Source of the DNA: Candidatus Saccharimonadaceae bacterium
GTDB taxonomy: Bacteria > Patescibacteriota > Saccharimonadia > Saccharimonadales > Saccharimonadaceae
Assembly: GCA_039809125.1 (NCBI GenBank)
Contig: JBDHUM010000001.1
Coordinates: 14,711 to 78,710, forward strand
Direction: 5' to 3'
Length of the DNA: 64,000 nucleotides
Each line of letters opens with the position of its first letter. Within the stretch, counting starts at the first letter, position 1. Shown one piece after another: positions 19,753 to 28,990 of this stretch. The notes under the pieces are model-generated. The model saw only the letters and a program-made list of their open reading frames with translations. It made no database searches and was not told where the DNA came from. The position numbers and the translations under genes were made by a program.

Positions 19753-19774
19753 ATTATACTACCGATGCTATAAT
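19753..19774. promoter_or_regulatory. back-to-back -10 elements for PLD (-) and ppa (+)
   Basis: Minus-strand TATAAT (19758-19753) lies 6 nt before the PLD ATG at 19746. Plus-strand TGcTATAAT (19766-19774) lies upstream of the SD-led ppa. Confidence 0.55.
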
Positions 19775-19803
19775 CAAACTAGAAGTGAATCTAACTGAAA
19801 GGG

Positions 19804-20355
19804 ATGGCTATGCCAGATTTTAACCAAGTATTAACACCAGGTGATATTGATGCCGATGAAGTGACAACAGTAATTGAGATTCCGAAATGGTCGACGTTGA
19901 AAATAGAGTGGAACCGTAAAGTTGCTGCATTTGAACTTGATCGTGTTGAACCAAGTATCTTTGCTAAACCAGTCAATTACGGATTTATCCCGCAAACACT
20001 CGACGAAGATGGCGATGAACTTGACACACTAGTGATGACAAACGAGCCGATTCCAACTGGTGTCTTTTTGACAGGCCGGATTGTTGGTGTTCTCAATTTT
20101 GAAGACGACGGTGAAATGGATCACAAGATCGTATGCGTTCCTATAGATGACCGTAACACAGGAGATCAGTTACTATCTTTTGACCAACTTCACGAGCAGT
20201 GGAAGTTAAAGATCGAACATCACTTCAATCATTACAAAGATTTGAAAAAGCCAGGAACAACTATGGTTCTTGGTTGGGGCGATGCCGGCGAGGCAAAAAC
20301 AATTATTCGAGACTGTGTCGAACGCTATAAGCAAACGTACCCAAGCAACAGGTAA
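19804..20355 (+). CDS. ppa: inorganic pyrophosphatase (family I)
   Basis: 'YGFIPQTLDEDGDELDTLV' and 'DHKIVCVPIDD'. Size 183 aa. Confidence 0.9.
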   Translation: MAMPDFNQVLTPGDIDADEVTTVIEIPKWSTLKIEWNRKVAAFELDRVEPSIFAKPVNYGFIPQTLDEDGDELDTLVMTNEPIPTGVFLTGRIVGVLNFEDDGEMDHKIVCVPIDDRNTGDQLLSFDQLHEQWKLKIEHHFNHYKDLKKPGTTMVLGWGDAGEAKTIIRDCVERYKQTYPSNR

Positions 20356-20356
20356 A

Positions 20357-21886
20357 TTAATTCTTACGCAGCCGCCGACCGATTCTCGAGGCGGCTTTTG
20401 TAATATGGCCGATGACACCGCCGCCGCGAGCGAGCTGCATGCGCAGCTTTTCGCTAGCATGATGGGTAGTAATAAAATCGCGCCACTCCGGTTTTGGATG
20501 CGCACTTTTTGAAGTTAATACTTCAACTTGATCGCCGTGTTGCAAAACATAACTGAATGGTTTCATTTTACCATTAATTTTAAAACCGCTGGCATGCGAA
20601 GCCACGTCAGAGTGAATACGGTAGGCAAAGTCGAGGGGGTAAGCACCACGAGGTAAATCCCAGATATCACCTTTTGGTGAGTAAACAAAGATACGATCAC
20701 CAAATAGTTTCATACGGAATTTTTTAGCGTTAAAACTCTTTCCTTCACCAGCATTCGCGGCAGCTATTTGCAGTTCGCGAATCCAAGCTAGTTTTTCTGG
20801 TAAGGCAGCGATTGCACCCTTGCGGTAGGCATCGTTAAGCTTCGATTCATTATAGTGGAAACTGGCGGCAAGTCCGCGTTCAGCATATTCATGCATTTCT
20901 CGAGTACGAATCTGAAATTCAACCACTTGTCCAGTAGAGGTTGTAACGGTAGTATGCAAGCTTTGATAGCCGTTCATTTTTGGTTGCGCAACGTAATCTT
21001 TGATCCGTTCAAAGAGCGGAGTATACATATCGTGCAACTCTCCTAGCACCAAGTAACACGTCGATAAGTCGTCGACGATGATCCTAAGCGCAATCAAATC
21101 ATGGATTTTTTCGATATCACCGTGAAAACGGTCTAGCTTTTTGTATAAGCTATAAACTGACTTAACTCGGCCATCCATTGTAAAGTCAATCTTTTCGCGG
21201 TGTAGGCGGTTTTCAACTTCACGTCGTACTTTCTCAAGTTTACGCTGGCTTTTTTTGAGACGGCTGTCCATAAGAGTTTTTGTACGACTAAAATCTTTTG
21301 GCATCATGAAGCGAAAGCTCAACTCTTCGAGCTGAACACGCACGCGCCCCATATTAAGACGATCGGCTAATGGCGCAAAAACTTCCATTGTCTCACGGGC
21401 AATTTTCTTTTGTTTTTCGATCGGCATGTGCTCAAGCGTACGCATATTATGCAAGCGATCGGCAATTTTAATGATTATCACACGTACATCTTTGCCGACA
21501 GCAATCATTAGTTTAGAAAGATTGTCCTTGGTGCTTGGCAGGTAGCTGTCGAGGTTACGCATGCCTGAGCGCGCCTGGCTCACCTTGGTAACGCCATCAA
21601 CTAAAAACGCGATATCATGTCCGAATTGTTTTTCGATATCAGCTAAAGTTACTGAAGTGTCTTCAACAGTATCATGTAGTATGCCTGCTATGATGGTATC
21701 AATATCCATACCCCACTCAATTAAGATTGTCGTCACTTCAACGGGGTGGGTAATGTATGATTCACCACTTTGTCGTGACTGGCCCTCATGGGCTACGGTG
21801 GCAAGGTCAATTGCAGCTTCAAGCAGTGCACACTGCTTGACGGTGTAGTGCTTTTTCGCAAGCTCGACGAGCTGACCTTTTGTCAT
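20357..21886 (-). CDS. RelA/SpoT-homolog (p)ppGpp synthetase/hydrolase, short form ending after the TGS domain
   Basis: HD hydrolase motifs ('HPVEV', 'HDTVEDT'), a synthetase domain ('YQSLHTTV') and a TGS domain ('IFVYSPKGDIWDLPRGAYPLDFAYRIH'). Only 509 aa. Confidence 0.9.
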   Translation of the reverse strand: MTKGQLVELAKKHYTVKQCALLEAAIDLATVAHEGQSRQSGESYITHPVEVTTILIEWGMDIDTIIAGILHDTVEDTSVTLADIEKQFGHDIAFLVDGVTKVSQARSGMRNLDSYLPSTKDNLSKLMIAVGKDVRVIIIKIADRLHNMRTLEHMPIEKQKKIARETMEVFAPLADRLNMGRVRVQLEELSFRFMMPKDFSRTKTLMDSRLKKSQRKLEKVRREVENRLHREKIDFTMDGRVKSVYSLYKKLDRFHGDIEKIHDLIALRIIVDDLSTCYLVLGELHDMYTPLFERIKDYVAQPKMNGYQSLHTTVTTSTGQVVEFQIRTREMHEYAERGLAASFHYNESKLNDAYRKGAIAALPEKLAWIRELQIAAANAGEGKSFNAKKFRMKLFGDRIFVYSPKGDIWDLPRGAYPLDFAYRIHSDVASHASGFKINGKMKPFSYVLQHGDQVEVLTSKSAHPKPEWRDFITTHHASEKLRMQLARGGGVIGHITKAASRIGRRLRKN

Positions 21887-21973
21887 AGTATTAGTATAGC
21901 GTAGCTCTTTACATCTTCTAAACTTTACCGCATACTAGTAGCTAAGAAGCTAAAGCTTATAAAAGGAGTGGGA

Positions 21974-23011
21974 ATGAGCAAAGTGAAGATCGCGATAAAT
22001 GGATTTGGCCGCATTGGACGTAGCGCTTTCAAAATTGCTTTTGAGCGCAATGATCTTGAAATTGTAGCGATTAACGATCTGACGGATACAAAAACACTCG
22101 CATATTTATTAAAATATGACAGCAACTATGGTATATACGAACCAGAAGTAGCGTCTGATGATACCCATCTGATTGTTAGCGGAAAAAAAATTAAGGTGAT
22201 GGCCGAAAAGGATCCGACTGCTTTGCCTTGGGCTGATCTAAACGTCGATATTGTAATCGAATCGACTGGTTTTTTTACCGATAAAGATGGTGCTGCGAAG
22301 CATTTGAGTGCCGGTGCTAAGCGGGTCGTGATTAGCGGTCCAACGAAGTCCGACGAAGTCGATACATTGGTGCTTGGTGCTAATGACGATGCAGTAAAGG
22401 GCTCAACAGCTATCGTATCAAACGCCAGCTGTACCACTAATAGTCTGGGTGCCGTAATGGCAATTCTTGATAGCAAATTTGGAGTAGAAAAATCAATGCT
22501 AACTACTGTCCACAGCTACACTGCTAGTCAAAAACTTCAAGATGCGCCGTCGAAAGATTTGCGTGAAGGGCGCAATGCAGCTGAAAATATTGTTCCAACG
22601 AGTACAGGAGCTGCTTTAGCAGTGACAAAGGCCCTCCCACATCTTGCTGGCAAATTTGATGGAATCTCGATGCGTGTTCCGACGCCAGTCGTATCGATTA
22701 GCGACGTTACGGCCGTGTTGTCAAGAGAGGTCACTGTTGAAGATATTAACCGTGTTTTTAGCGAAGCTGCGAGCGAGCCATTTTATCAAGGAATTTTAGC
22801 GGTAAGCGATGATCCGCTGGTATCACGCGATTATATCGGCAACAGTCATTCAGGTATTGTGGATCTAGCACTCACGCGCGTTGTCGGTGGTAATTTAGTA
22901 AAAGTCTGCGTTTGGTACGATAACGAGTGGGGGTATAGTAATCGGCTGGTCGAGTTAGTGGCTGATATCGGCAGGTTACTCACAGATGACCCAGGGCGGT
23001 ACTCTCAATAA
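21974..23011 (+). CDS. gap: glyceraldehyde-3-phosphate dehydrogenase
   Basis: 'KIAINGFGRIGR', catalytic 'SCTTNS' and 'WYDNEWGYS'. AAGGAG lies 5 nt upstream of ATG 21974, which I prefer over the GTG at 21968. Confidence 0.95.
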   Translation: MSKVKIAINGFGRIGRSAFKIAFERNDLEIVAINDLTDTKTLAYLLKYDSNYGIYEPEVASDDTHLIVSGKKIKVMAEKDPTALPWADLNVDIVIESTGFFTDKDGAAKHLSAGAKRVVISGPTKSDEVDTLVLGANDDAVKGSTAIVSNASCTTNSLGAVMAILDSKFGVEKSMLTTVHSYTASQKLQDAPSKDLREGRNAAENIVPTSTGAALAVTKALPHLAGKFDGISMRVPTPVVSISDVTAVLSREVTVEDINRVFSEAASEPFYQGILAVSDDPLVSRDYIGNSHSGIVDLALTRVVGGNLVKVCVWYDNEWGYSNRLVELVADIGRLLTDDPGRYSQ

Positions 23012-23024
23012 AGTATTTTTGTAT

Positions 23025-23052
23025 TTGTCAATCCAACGTACTAGGATAAAAT
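23025..23052 (+). promoter_or_regulatory. thrC promoter TTGTCA-16-TAAAAT
   Basis: The -10 element ends 6 nt before ATG 23059. Confidence 0.55.
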
Positions 23053-23058
23053 ATTTTT

Positions 23059-24495
23059 ATGACTGAATACGCTAGTACGAGAGATTTGAATCAAAAGACG
23101 ATATCCTATGAAGAAACAGTATTGGGTGGGCTTGCGCCAGATGGCGGGTTGTATGTGCCATATCAAATTCCGCAACTTACTACCGAGGAGCTGCGACAAT
23201 TGCTCAAAATGGAATATTCTGAGCTTGCTGCACGGGTAAAAAAATTTTTCGCAGGCGACTCTTTATCTATCAATACGCTTCGTGATATGACGGCAAAGGC
23301 TTACTCTAAGGAAATTTTCCCAGAACAGGCCGGAGGCATTGTTACACCTGTGCGAAAATTAGTCGGTACAGATATCTGTCTTCAAAACCTCTCGCTTGGT
23401 CCCACTGCGGCGTTTAAAGACATGGCAATGCAGCTTCTTGCACAAGAAATGGAATATTTTTTGAATTTGCGAGGTCGGTATCTCGATATTTTAGGTGCAA
23501 CATCCGGCGATACTGGTTCGGCGGCTGAAGCAGCCTTAAAAAACCTTAGTAGAGTGCGTATCGCAATCCTGAGTCCGCTAATTGGCATGAGCGACTTTCA
23601 GCGTGCTCAAATGGGTAATTTGACTGGTGACGGAGTGACTAACATCAGCGTCGATGGCAGATTTGATGATTGTCAGGATTTAGTGAAAGAAGTAATGGCG
23701 AGTGAGGAGTTTCATCGTCTCGGTGCCGTCAATTCAATCAATTGGGCGCGGATATCAGCGCAAATCGCGTACTATTTTGCAGGATATGCGCAGTCGGCTA
23801 ATAAGTTTGGTGATTCAGTGGATTTTGTTGTTCCGTCGGGTAATTTTGGTAATGCGCTTGCAGGACACTATGCTCGGGCAATGGGGCTGCCGATTCGAAA
23901 TATTATTATTGCGACCAACGAAAATGATGTATTACATCGGTTTTTCCAGGAAGGTATCTACCAAGAAAAGTCTGCCATTGTCACGTCAAGTCCGTCGATG
24001 GATATTTCAAAAGCGTCGAATTTAGAACGGCTGATTTATATACTACTAGGTAATGACCCACTGAAAACCAGGCAGTTTATGGAACAATTTTCTCGTAGTG
24101 AGGCAGCTCGGCTAGGTGATTATGGTATACCAGACAATCATCTGCAAACGACAGGTTTTAATAGCGGTGTATCGTCGCATGCTAAACGTATTGAAACTAT
24201 GAAGTGGGCTGCGAGTAATGGCGGCGGTGTGATCGACCCGCATACGGCCGATGCCCTACACGTCGCCAGACAGCTGCCTGATGACGGGGTGATAAAAATC
24301 TGTCTTGAAACTGCTCTCGCCGTAAAGTTTAGTCCGACACTTGAAAAAGCCGGACTAGAAATACCGCTTTTGCAGCATCAGAGATTTGCTTACTTATTAA
24401 ACCAGCCAGATGTGGAAGCTGGATTTAGAAAGATTGCCGTGGACGCTGAGGCCTTGAAAGAAATTTTGCGGCAGATTTTTACAATGAGAACATAA
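23059..24495 (+). CDS. thrC: threonine synthase (long form)
   Basis: 478 aa. PLP-lysine block 'GPTAAFKDMAMQ' and 'SGNFGNA'. Confidence 0.85.
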   Translation: MTEYASTRDLNQKTISYEETVLGGLAPDGGLYVPYQIPQLTTEELRQLLKMEYSELAARVKKFFAGDSLSINTLRDMTAKAYSKEIFPEQAGGIVTPVRKLVGTDICLQNLSLGPTAAFKDMAMQLLAQEMEYFLNLRGRYLDILGATSGDTGSAAEAALKNLSRVRIAILSPLIGMSDFQRAQMGNLTGDGVTNISVDGRFDDCQDLVKEVMASEEFHRLGAVNSINWARISAQIAYYFAGYAQSANKFGDSVDFVVPSGNFGNALAGHYARAMGLPIRNIIIATNENDVLHRFFQEGIYQEKSAIVTSSPSMDISKASNLERLIYILLGNDPLKTRQFMEQFSRSEAARLGDYGIPDNHLQTTGFNSGVSSHAKRIETMKWAASNGGGVIDPHTADALHVARQLPDDGVIKICLETALAVKFSPTLEKAGLEIPLLQHQRFAYLLNQPDVEAGFRKIAVDAEALKEILRQIFTMRT

Positions 24496-24499
24496 AATA

Positions 24500-24518
24500 C
24501 TCACTAAAAATTAGTGAG
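24500..24518 (+). terminator. hairpin directly after thrC
   Basis: CTCACTAA-aaa-TTAGTGAG (8-bp stem), 5 nt after the thrC stop. It has no clear T tract. Confidence 0.4.
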
Positions 24519-24543
24519 TCGTTGAATCGTAATCATTGAGTGC

Positions 24544-24571
24544 GGTAGTGCGGGAGGAATCCCGCACTACC
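24544..24571. other. GC-rich 12-bp perfect hairpin at the edge of the GC-rich islet
   Basis: GGTAGTGCGGGA-ggaa-TCCCGCACTACC. There is no T tract on either strand. Confidence 0.6.
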
Positions 24572-24580
24572 ATGTGCACC

Positions 24581-24913
24581 TCAGAGGTTGAGTCGTTCAA
24601 TCTTTTTTTCTTCGTCGATTCCTTCTGCGAACAACCAGGCTCCGGAGATGCCCAGAGCATTGGCCACTATGAAAATGAAAAAATACGCAAGTAGGATCAA
24701 AAGAACGGACGATGTTCCGTCCGCCCACCACTGCGGCTGAGTGGTGTAGCTGTAATAGCCGAGAGCGACATTCACGCCAATCCCGACCATGATGCCGGCG
24801 GTGAGCCAGCAGTAGCGACGGGTCGCCGTTCCGTATACAGCAGCAAAGCTGGCGAAAAGGGTGGGAAGGATGAAACTGGCGGCGTATAAACCAGCCAGGA
24901 TATAACTGGGCAT
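24581..24913 (-). CDS. hypothetical small membrane protein in a GC-rich islet
   Basis: 110 aa counted from 'MPSYILAG', with 3-4 hydrophobic helices. AAAGGGG sits upstream. The ORF-track start at 25000 is probably too long. Local GC is about 55-65% against mid-40s % in the flanks. Confidence 0.4.
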   Translation of the reverse strand: MPSYILAGLYAASFILPTLFASFAAVYGTATRRYCWLTAGIMVGIGVNVALGYYSYTTQPQWWADGTSSVLLILLAYFFIFIVANALGISGAWLFAEGIDEEKKIERLNL

Positions 24914-25039
24914 GAGAGCCCCTTTCTGAGGTGCGCTTTCGACGCACCTCGCTAGACAGGTGCCCACGCGGGTCTGCGTGAAAGCTGATATATATACCAC
25001 ACTCGTGCTAAAAAGTCAATAGTTTTTATGAGACAACTC

Positions 25040-25068
25040 TTTACATATCGTAAAAAACCGCTTATACT
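25040..25068 (+). promoter_or_regulatory. rpiB promoter TTTACA-17-TATACT
   Basis: The -10 element ends 7 nt before ATG 25076. Confidence 0.6.
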
Positions 25069-25075
25069 TATAGTT

Positions 25076-25528
25076 ATGAAAATATTTCTCGGCGCTGATC
25101 ATCAGGGATATCATTTGAAAGACAAAATTGAAGCCTACCTTTCTAAGCGTCACTACAATGTTGAGGATGTTGGTGCAGCTGAACTTGATCCAGCTGACGA
25201 TTTTCCACAGTTTGCTCAATTGGCCGCAACAAAGGTATTGGGAGAGGATGAAGCCGAAGATCCGAGAGCTATTTTAGTTTGCGGCGGTGGTCAGGGTATG
25301 GCGATGGCGGCAAATCGCTTTCGCGGTATTCGTGCTTCAGTCATATGGGATAGTTTTGAAGCAAAAATGACTCGAAATGATAACGATAGTAATGTGCTGT
25401 GTCTTCCTGCCCGTGTACTCGATGATGATGCTGAGCTATGGAAAGATATTCTAGACACCTGGTTATCAACTCCTTTTGCTAAGGCAGCTCGCTTCAAGCG
25501 ACGTAACGCCGAGCTGGATGAATTTTAG
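25076..25528 (+). CDS. rpiB: ribose-5-phosphate isomerase B
   Basis: 'MKIFLGADHQGYHLK' and 'CGGGQGMAMAANRFRGIRA'. I chose ATG 25076, which lies 7 nt after TATACT. Confidence 0.9.
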   Translation: MKIFLGADHQGYHLKDKIEAYLSKRHYNVEDVGAAELDPADDFPQFAQLAATKVLGEDEAEDPRAILVCGGGQGMAMAANRFRGIRASVIWDSFEAKMTRNDNDSNVLCLPARVLDDDAELWKDILDTWLSTPFAKAARFKRRNAELDEF

Positions 25529-26173
25529 ATGGTAGAGATAGCTCCGTGCATTACCGTAAAAACACTCGACGAGTACAAACAGTCAATTACGCGTCTCGAA
25601 CCGTTTGCTGAGCGAGTGCATATCGACATATCTGACGGCGAGTTTGCGCCGGTCCCGTTGCTGGGTGTTGACCAACTGTTCTGGCCTAGTCAGTGGAAAG
25701 TTGACGTGCACGCCATGGTAAATAAACCAAGTTTATTTTTGCCATACCTCTTGCAGCTGCAGCCGCACACAATTATTTTTCATGTTGAAGTTGAAGAAGA
25801 TTTACTAGATGTGATGCAGCAAGTTAGGCAGATGGGTATTCGCACCGGGATTGCACTCAAAAAATCCACCGTACCAAAAACAGTTACGCCGCTAATCGAG
25901 CAAGCTGATCACATTCTGATTTTTAGCGGCGATCTTGGTCACTATGGTGGTGAAGCTAGTTTGATGCAGCTTGAAAAAATCCGTTTGATTCGAATGATAC
26001 GACCAAGCATTGAGATTGGTTGGGATGGCGGTGCTGCGCTCGATAACGTGTTTAGCCTAGCACAAGGTGGTGTTGATATTATTAATTCAGGCGGTGCGAT
26101 TAACAAGGCCGATAATCCTGAAGATATGTACAAAAAAATGATGGCAGAAGCCAATAAGCACGGGGTTATTTAG
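25529..26173 (+). CDS. ribulose-phosphate 3-epimerase-like protein (divergent)
   Basis: 214 aa TIM-barrel pattern: 'IAPCI', 'HIDISDGEFAP' and 'VDVHAMV'. Starts 1 nt after rpiB. Confidence 0.65.
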   Translation: MVEIAPCITVKTLDEYKQSITRLEPFAERVHIDISDGEFAPVPLLGVDQLFWPSQWKVDVHAMVNKPSLFLPYLLQLQPHTIIFHVEVEEDLLDVMQQVRQMGIRTGIALKKSTVPKTVTPLIEQADHILIFSGDLGHYGGEASLMQLEKIRLIRMIRPSIEIGWDGGAALDNVFSLAQGGVDIINSGGAINKADNPEDMYKKMMAEANKHGVI

Positions 26174-26208
26174 TAGGAATACTTACATGACTATGGTACT
26201 ATAAGCAT

Positions 26209-27084
26209 ATGCAGAGTGGGCAGCCTACCGTCACACAACTTGAGTCGATCGCCAATACCGTCCGTCAAGACATTATTAGTATGCTAGAAGCGGCTGGTAG
26301 CGGACATTCGGCAGGTCCGCTAGGACTAGCCGATGTCATGACAGTGCTTTACTTTCGGATTATGAACCTTCGGCCCGATGAGCCTGAATGGAGTGAGCGC
26401 GACTACTTTTTTTTGAGTAATGGCCACTGTGTGCCGGTACAATATGCGGTCATGGCAGAACGTGGCTACTTTGATAAAAGCGAGCTTAAAACACTTCGAC
26501 AACTACATAGTCGTTTGCAGGGACATCCTGAGCGCACCAAACTACCAGGTCTCGAAAATACGTCTGGTCCTCTTGGCAGTGGCCTGAGTCAAGCATCAGG
26601 CGTAGCATACGTTATGCAGTATATTGATAAAATAAATCACCGTTGGGTGTATGTTGTCACTGGTGACGGCGAGTTGGACGAGGGTAATATTTGGGAAGCG
26701 GCCATGTTTGCCGGGAAGTATAAGCTTAGTCAGTTGATTGTGTTTGTTGATCGTAACAATATTCAAATTGACGGCTCTACCGAAACAGTGATGCCACTCG
26801 AAGATTTAGCGGGCAAATGGCGTAGTTTTGGCTGGCACGTACAAGAGGTAGGTGGTCATAGTATCGAGGCGATTATTGATGCTGTGGACATGGCAAAAGC
26901 GATCACCAATCGACCGAGTGTGATTTTACTACACACTATTCCTGGCAAAGGTGTTGATTTCATGGAGTACGACTATCGTTGGCACGGTATGCCACCAGAT
27001 CACGATCAGGCGAAGAAAGCACTGAAAGAACTACGCACACTACGCGGTAAGATTTCTTTTGAAGGCGAAGGTGTGAATGAGTGA
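26209..27084 (+). CDS. transketolase, N-terminal (TPP-binding) subunit
   Basis: 'GHSAGPLGLADV' and 'GDGELDEGNIWEAAMFA'. Split-gene arrangement. Confidence 0.9.
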   Translation: MQSGQPTVTQLESIANTVRQDIISMLEAAGSGHSAGPLGLADVMTVLYFRIMNLRPDEPEWSERDYFFLSNGHCVPVQYAVMAERGYFDKSELKTLRQLHSRLQGHPERTKLPGLENTSGPLGSGLSQASGVAYVMQYIDKINHRWVYVVTGDGELDEGNIWEAAMFAGKYKLSQLIVFVDRNNIQIDGSTETVMPLEDLAGKWRSFGWHVQEVGGHSIEAIIDAVDMAKAITNRPSVILLHTIPGKGVDFMEYDYRWHGMPPDHDQAKKALKELRTLRGKISFEGEGVNE

Positions 27085-28075
27085 CTATAGACTAAATCCG
27101 CACTACGCCGCAAAAGATGTTAAACAAGAACCCATTCGAGCTGGTTTTGGACGAGGACTGTGGGTAGCAGGTGATAGCGACCCTAAAGTGGTTGCGTTGT
27201 GTGCTGATTTAACAGAAAGTACACAAATGCACCATTTTCGAGATGCTTTTCCAGATCGTTTCGTCGAGATTGGTGTGGCCGAACAAAACTTAGTTACTGT
27301 AGCGAGCGGAATGGCGAGGGCGGGTAAAATTCCTTTTGCTTCAAGCTACGCGGCATTTAGCCCCGGTCGTAACTGGGAGCAAATTCGCACCACAATTTGC
27401 CTCAATGAAATGCCGGTAAAAGTAGTTGGTAGTCATGCAGGGATTAGCGTTGGTCCGGATGGAGCAACCCACCAAATGCTAGAGGATATTGCTTTAACGC
27501 GCGTACTACCGAATATGGTAGTGGTGGCGCCTGGTGATAGCTTAGAGGCCGAGAGAGTAACGATTGCAATTGCAAAAAGTAACCAACCGACATACTTGAG
27601 ACTCGCTCGTGAAAAAACGCCAATTTTTTCGACCGATTCGACACCGTTTGAACTTGGCAAAGCATATGTGCTACGTGAAGGCAGTGACATAAGTTTGTTT
27701 GGTACTGGTACGATGACGTATCAACTCTTAATGCTATCTCGTATGCTGGAGGAACGTGGTATTTCGGCTGAAGTTGTGCATGTGCCCACTATTAAGCCAC
27801 TTGATGATACCACGATTTTAGCAAGTGTTGAAAAAACCGGACGTGCCGTTTCAGCGGAAGAAGCGCAAATCGCTGGGGGGTTTGGTGGTGCGCTCGCCGA
27901 GCTATTCTCTGAAAACTTACCACTGCCGCTAAAAAGATTTGGTATGTATGATCGGTTTGGTGAGTCGGGATCGCCCGCTGAACTGCTCGACTACTTTGGC
28001 TTAACTGCGGAAAAAATGCTTCCGGAAGTTAAGCAATTTATATCGCAAGTGCCTCAATATAAGAAAGGTTTTTAA
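27077..28075 (+). CDS. transketolase, C-terminal (pyrimidine-binding) subunit
   Basis: 'FVEIGVAEQNLV' and 'GPDGATHQMLEDIA'. 8-nt overlap with the N-terminal subunit gene. Confidence 0.9.
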   Translation: MSDYRLNPHYAAKDVKQEPIRAGFGRGLWVAGDSDPKVVALCADLTESTQMHHFRDAFPDRFVEIGVAEQNLVTVASGMARAGKIPFASSYAAFSPGRNWEQIRTTICLNEMPVKVVGSHAGISVGPDGATHQMLEDIALTRVLPNMVVVAPGDSLEAERVTIAIAKSNQPTYLRLAREKTPIFSTDSTPFELGKAYVLREGSDISLFGTGTMTYQLLMLSRMLEERGISAEVVHVPTIKPLDDTTILASVEKTGRAVSAEEAQIAGGFGGALAELFSENLPLPLKRFGMYDRFGESGSPAELLDYFGLTAEKMLPEVKQFISQVPQYKKGF

Positions 28076-28989
28076 TGGGACTGACTATAGATGAAATACG
28101 CGACCGCACACTTCATGCCCGACACCTGATGCAGCGGGCTCATCAGCAGCATTTTGCCGTTGGGGCCTTTAACATCGACAATCAAGAAACCTTAATTGCT
28201 GTGTCAAGGGCTGCTCAAAAGCTTAATTCGCCGGTATTAGTTGAGGTTAGTGAGGGTGAAGTTGAAGCAATTGGACTTGAGAACATTCGTGATATGGTGG
28301 ATAACTATCGTGAAGAGTATGGTATCGAAATGTACATTAATCTTGATCATAGTCCAACTGTCGAGGCATGTAAAAGAGCTATTGATGTTGGTTTTGAGTT
28401 TATTCACATTGATATTTCTCAAGCTAATCATGACGCAAAAAGTGACGAAATTATTGCCGCAACTAAGGAAGTTGTAGATTATGCTCGTTTCACCGGTGCC
28501 CTCGTTGAAAGTGAACCGCATTACTTTGGGGGTAGCTCAAATGTTCATAACGAGACGATTGACTATGAAGAAATCAAAAAAACATTTAGCACTCCAGAAG
28601 GAGCTGCACAGTTTGTTAAAGCTACCGGAATTGACACGTTTGCAGCTGCAATTGGTAATCTTCACGGAAAGTATCCAGTACCAAAAGAACTCGATCTAAA
28701 GCTACTGGCTGAAATACGCGATAATCTTACCTGTAATATTAGTCTGCATGGTGGCTCGGGGACTCCACTACACTATTTTGAAGAAGCTGCCCATATAGGG
28801 GTAAGCAAGATAAACATTAATAGTGACATGCGGTTCGTTTTTCGTACTAGTCTAGAAAAAGTGCTCAAGGATAATCCCGACGAATATGCTGTTGTCAAGC
28901 TAATGCCGAAAGTATATGAAGCAGTTCAAGCAGTAGTCGAAGAAAAAATAATGGCCTTTGGCAGTAGCGGAAAGGCAATTGCGAATTAG
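28075..28989 (+). CDS. fba: class II fructose-bisphosphate aldolase
   Basis: 'VGAFNIDN', 'LDHS', 'IGNLHG' and 'LHGGSG'. Confidence 0.9.
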   Translation: MGLTIDEIRDRTLHARHLMQRAHQQHFAVGAFNIDNQETLIAVSRAAQKLNSPVLVEVSEGEVEAIGLENIRDMVDNYREEYGIEMYINLDHSPTVEACKRAIDVGFEFIHIDISQANHDAKSDEIIAATKEVVDYARFTGALVESEPHYFGGSSNVHNETIDYEEIKKTFSTPEGAAQFVKATGIDTFAAAIGNLHGKYPVPKELDLKLLAEIRDNLTCNISLHGGSGTPLHYFEEAAHIGVSKININSDMRFVFRTSLEKVLKDNPDEYAVVKLMPKVYEAVQAVVEEKIMAFGSSGKAIAN

Positions 28990-28990
28990 G

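Noticed and set aside
24576-24934. The 10-bp inverted repeat GCACCTCAGA/TCTGAGGTGC as terminal inverted repeats of a MITE or IS element
   Set aside because: A single 10-bp match within ~450 bp is only marginally unexpected by chance. There are no target-site duplications or transposase. It is reported as part of the GC-islet finding, not as a mobile element.
24597-24947. 116-aa alternative-frame ORF in the GC-rich islet
   Set aside because: Its Arg-rich, low-complexity product ('RRRNRRRKKD') is typical of an off-frame ORF in GC-rich DNA. The overlapping frame encodes a coherent multi-TM protein.
24914-24990. Fluoride or guanidine riboswitch in the leader of the small membrane ORF
   Set aside because: The two hairpins lack ACGR loops (guanidine-II). 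I could not find fluoride-motif conserved segments. The downstream protein resembles neither CrcB nor SMR/SugE. Only an Infernal/Rfam scan could settle this.
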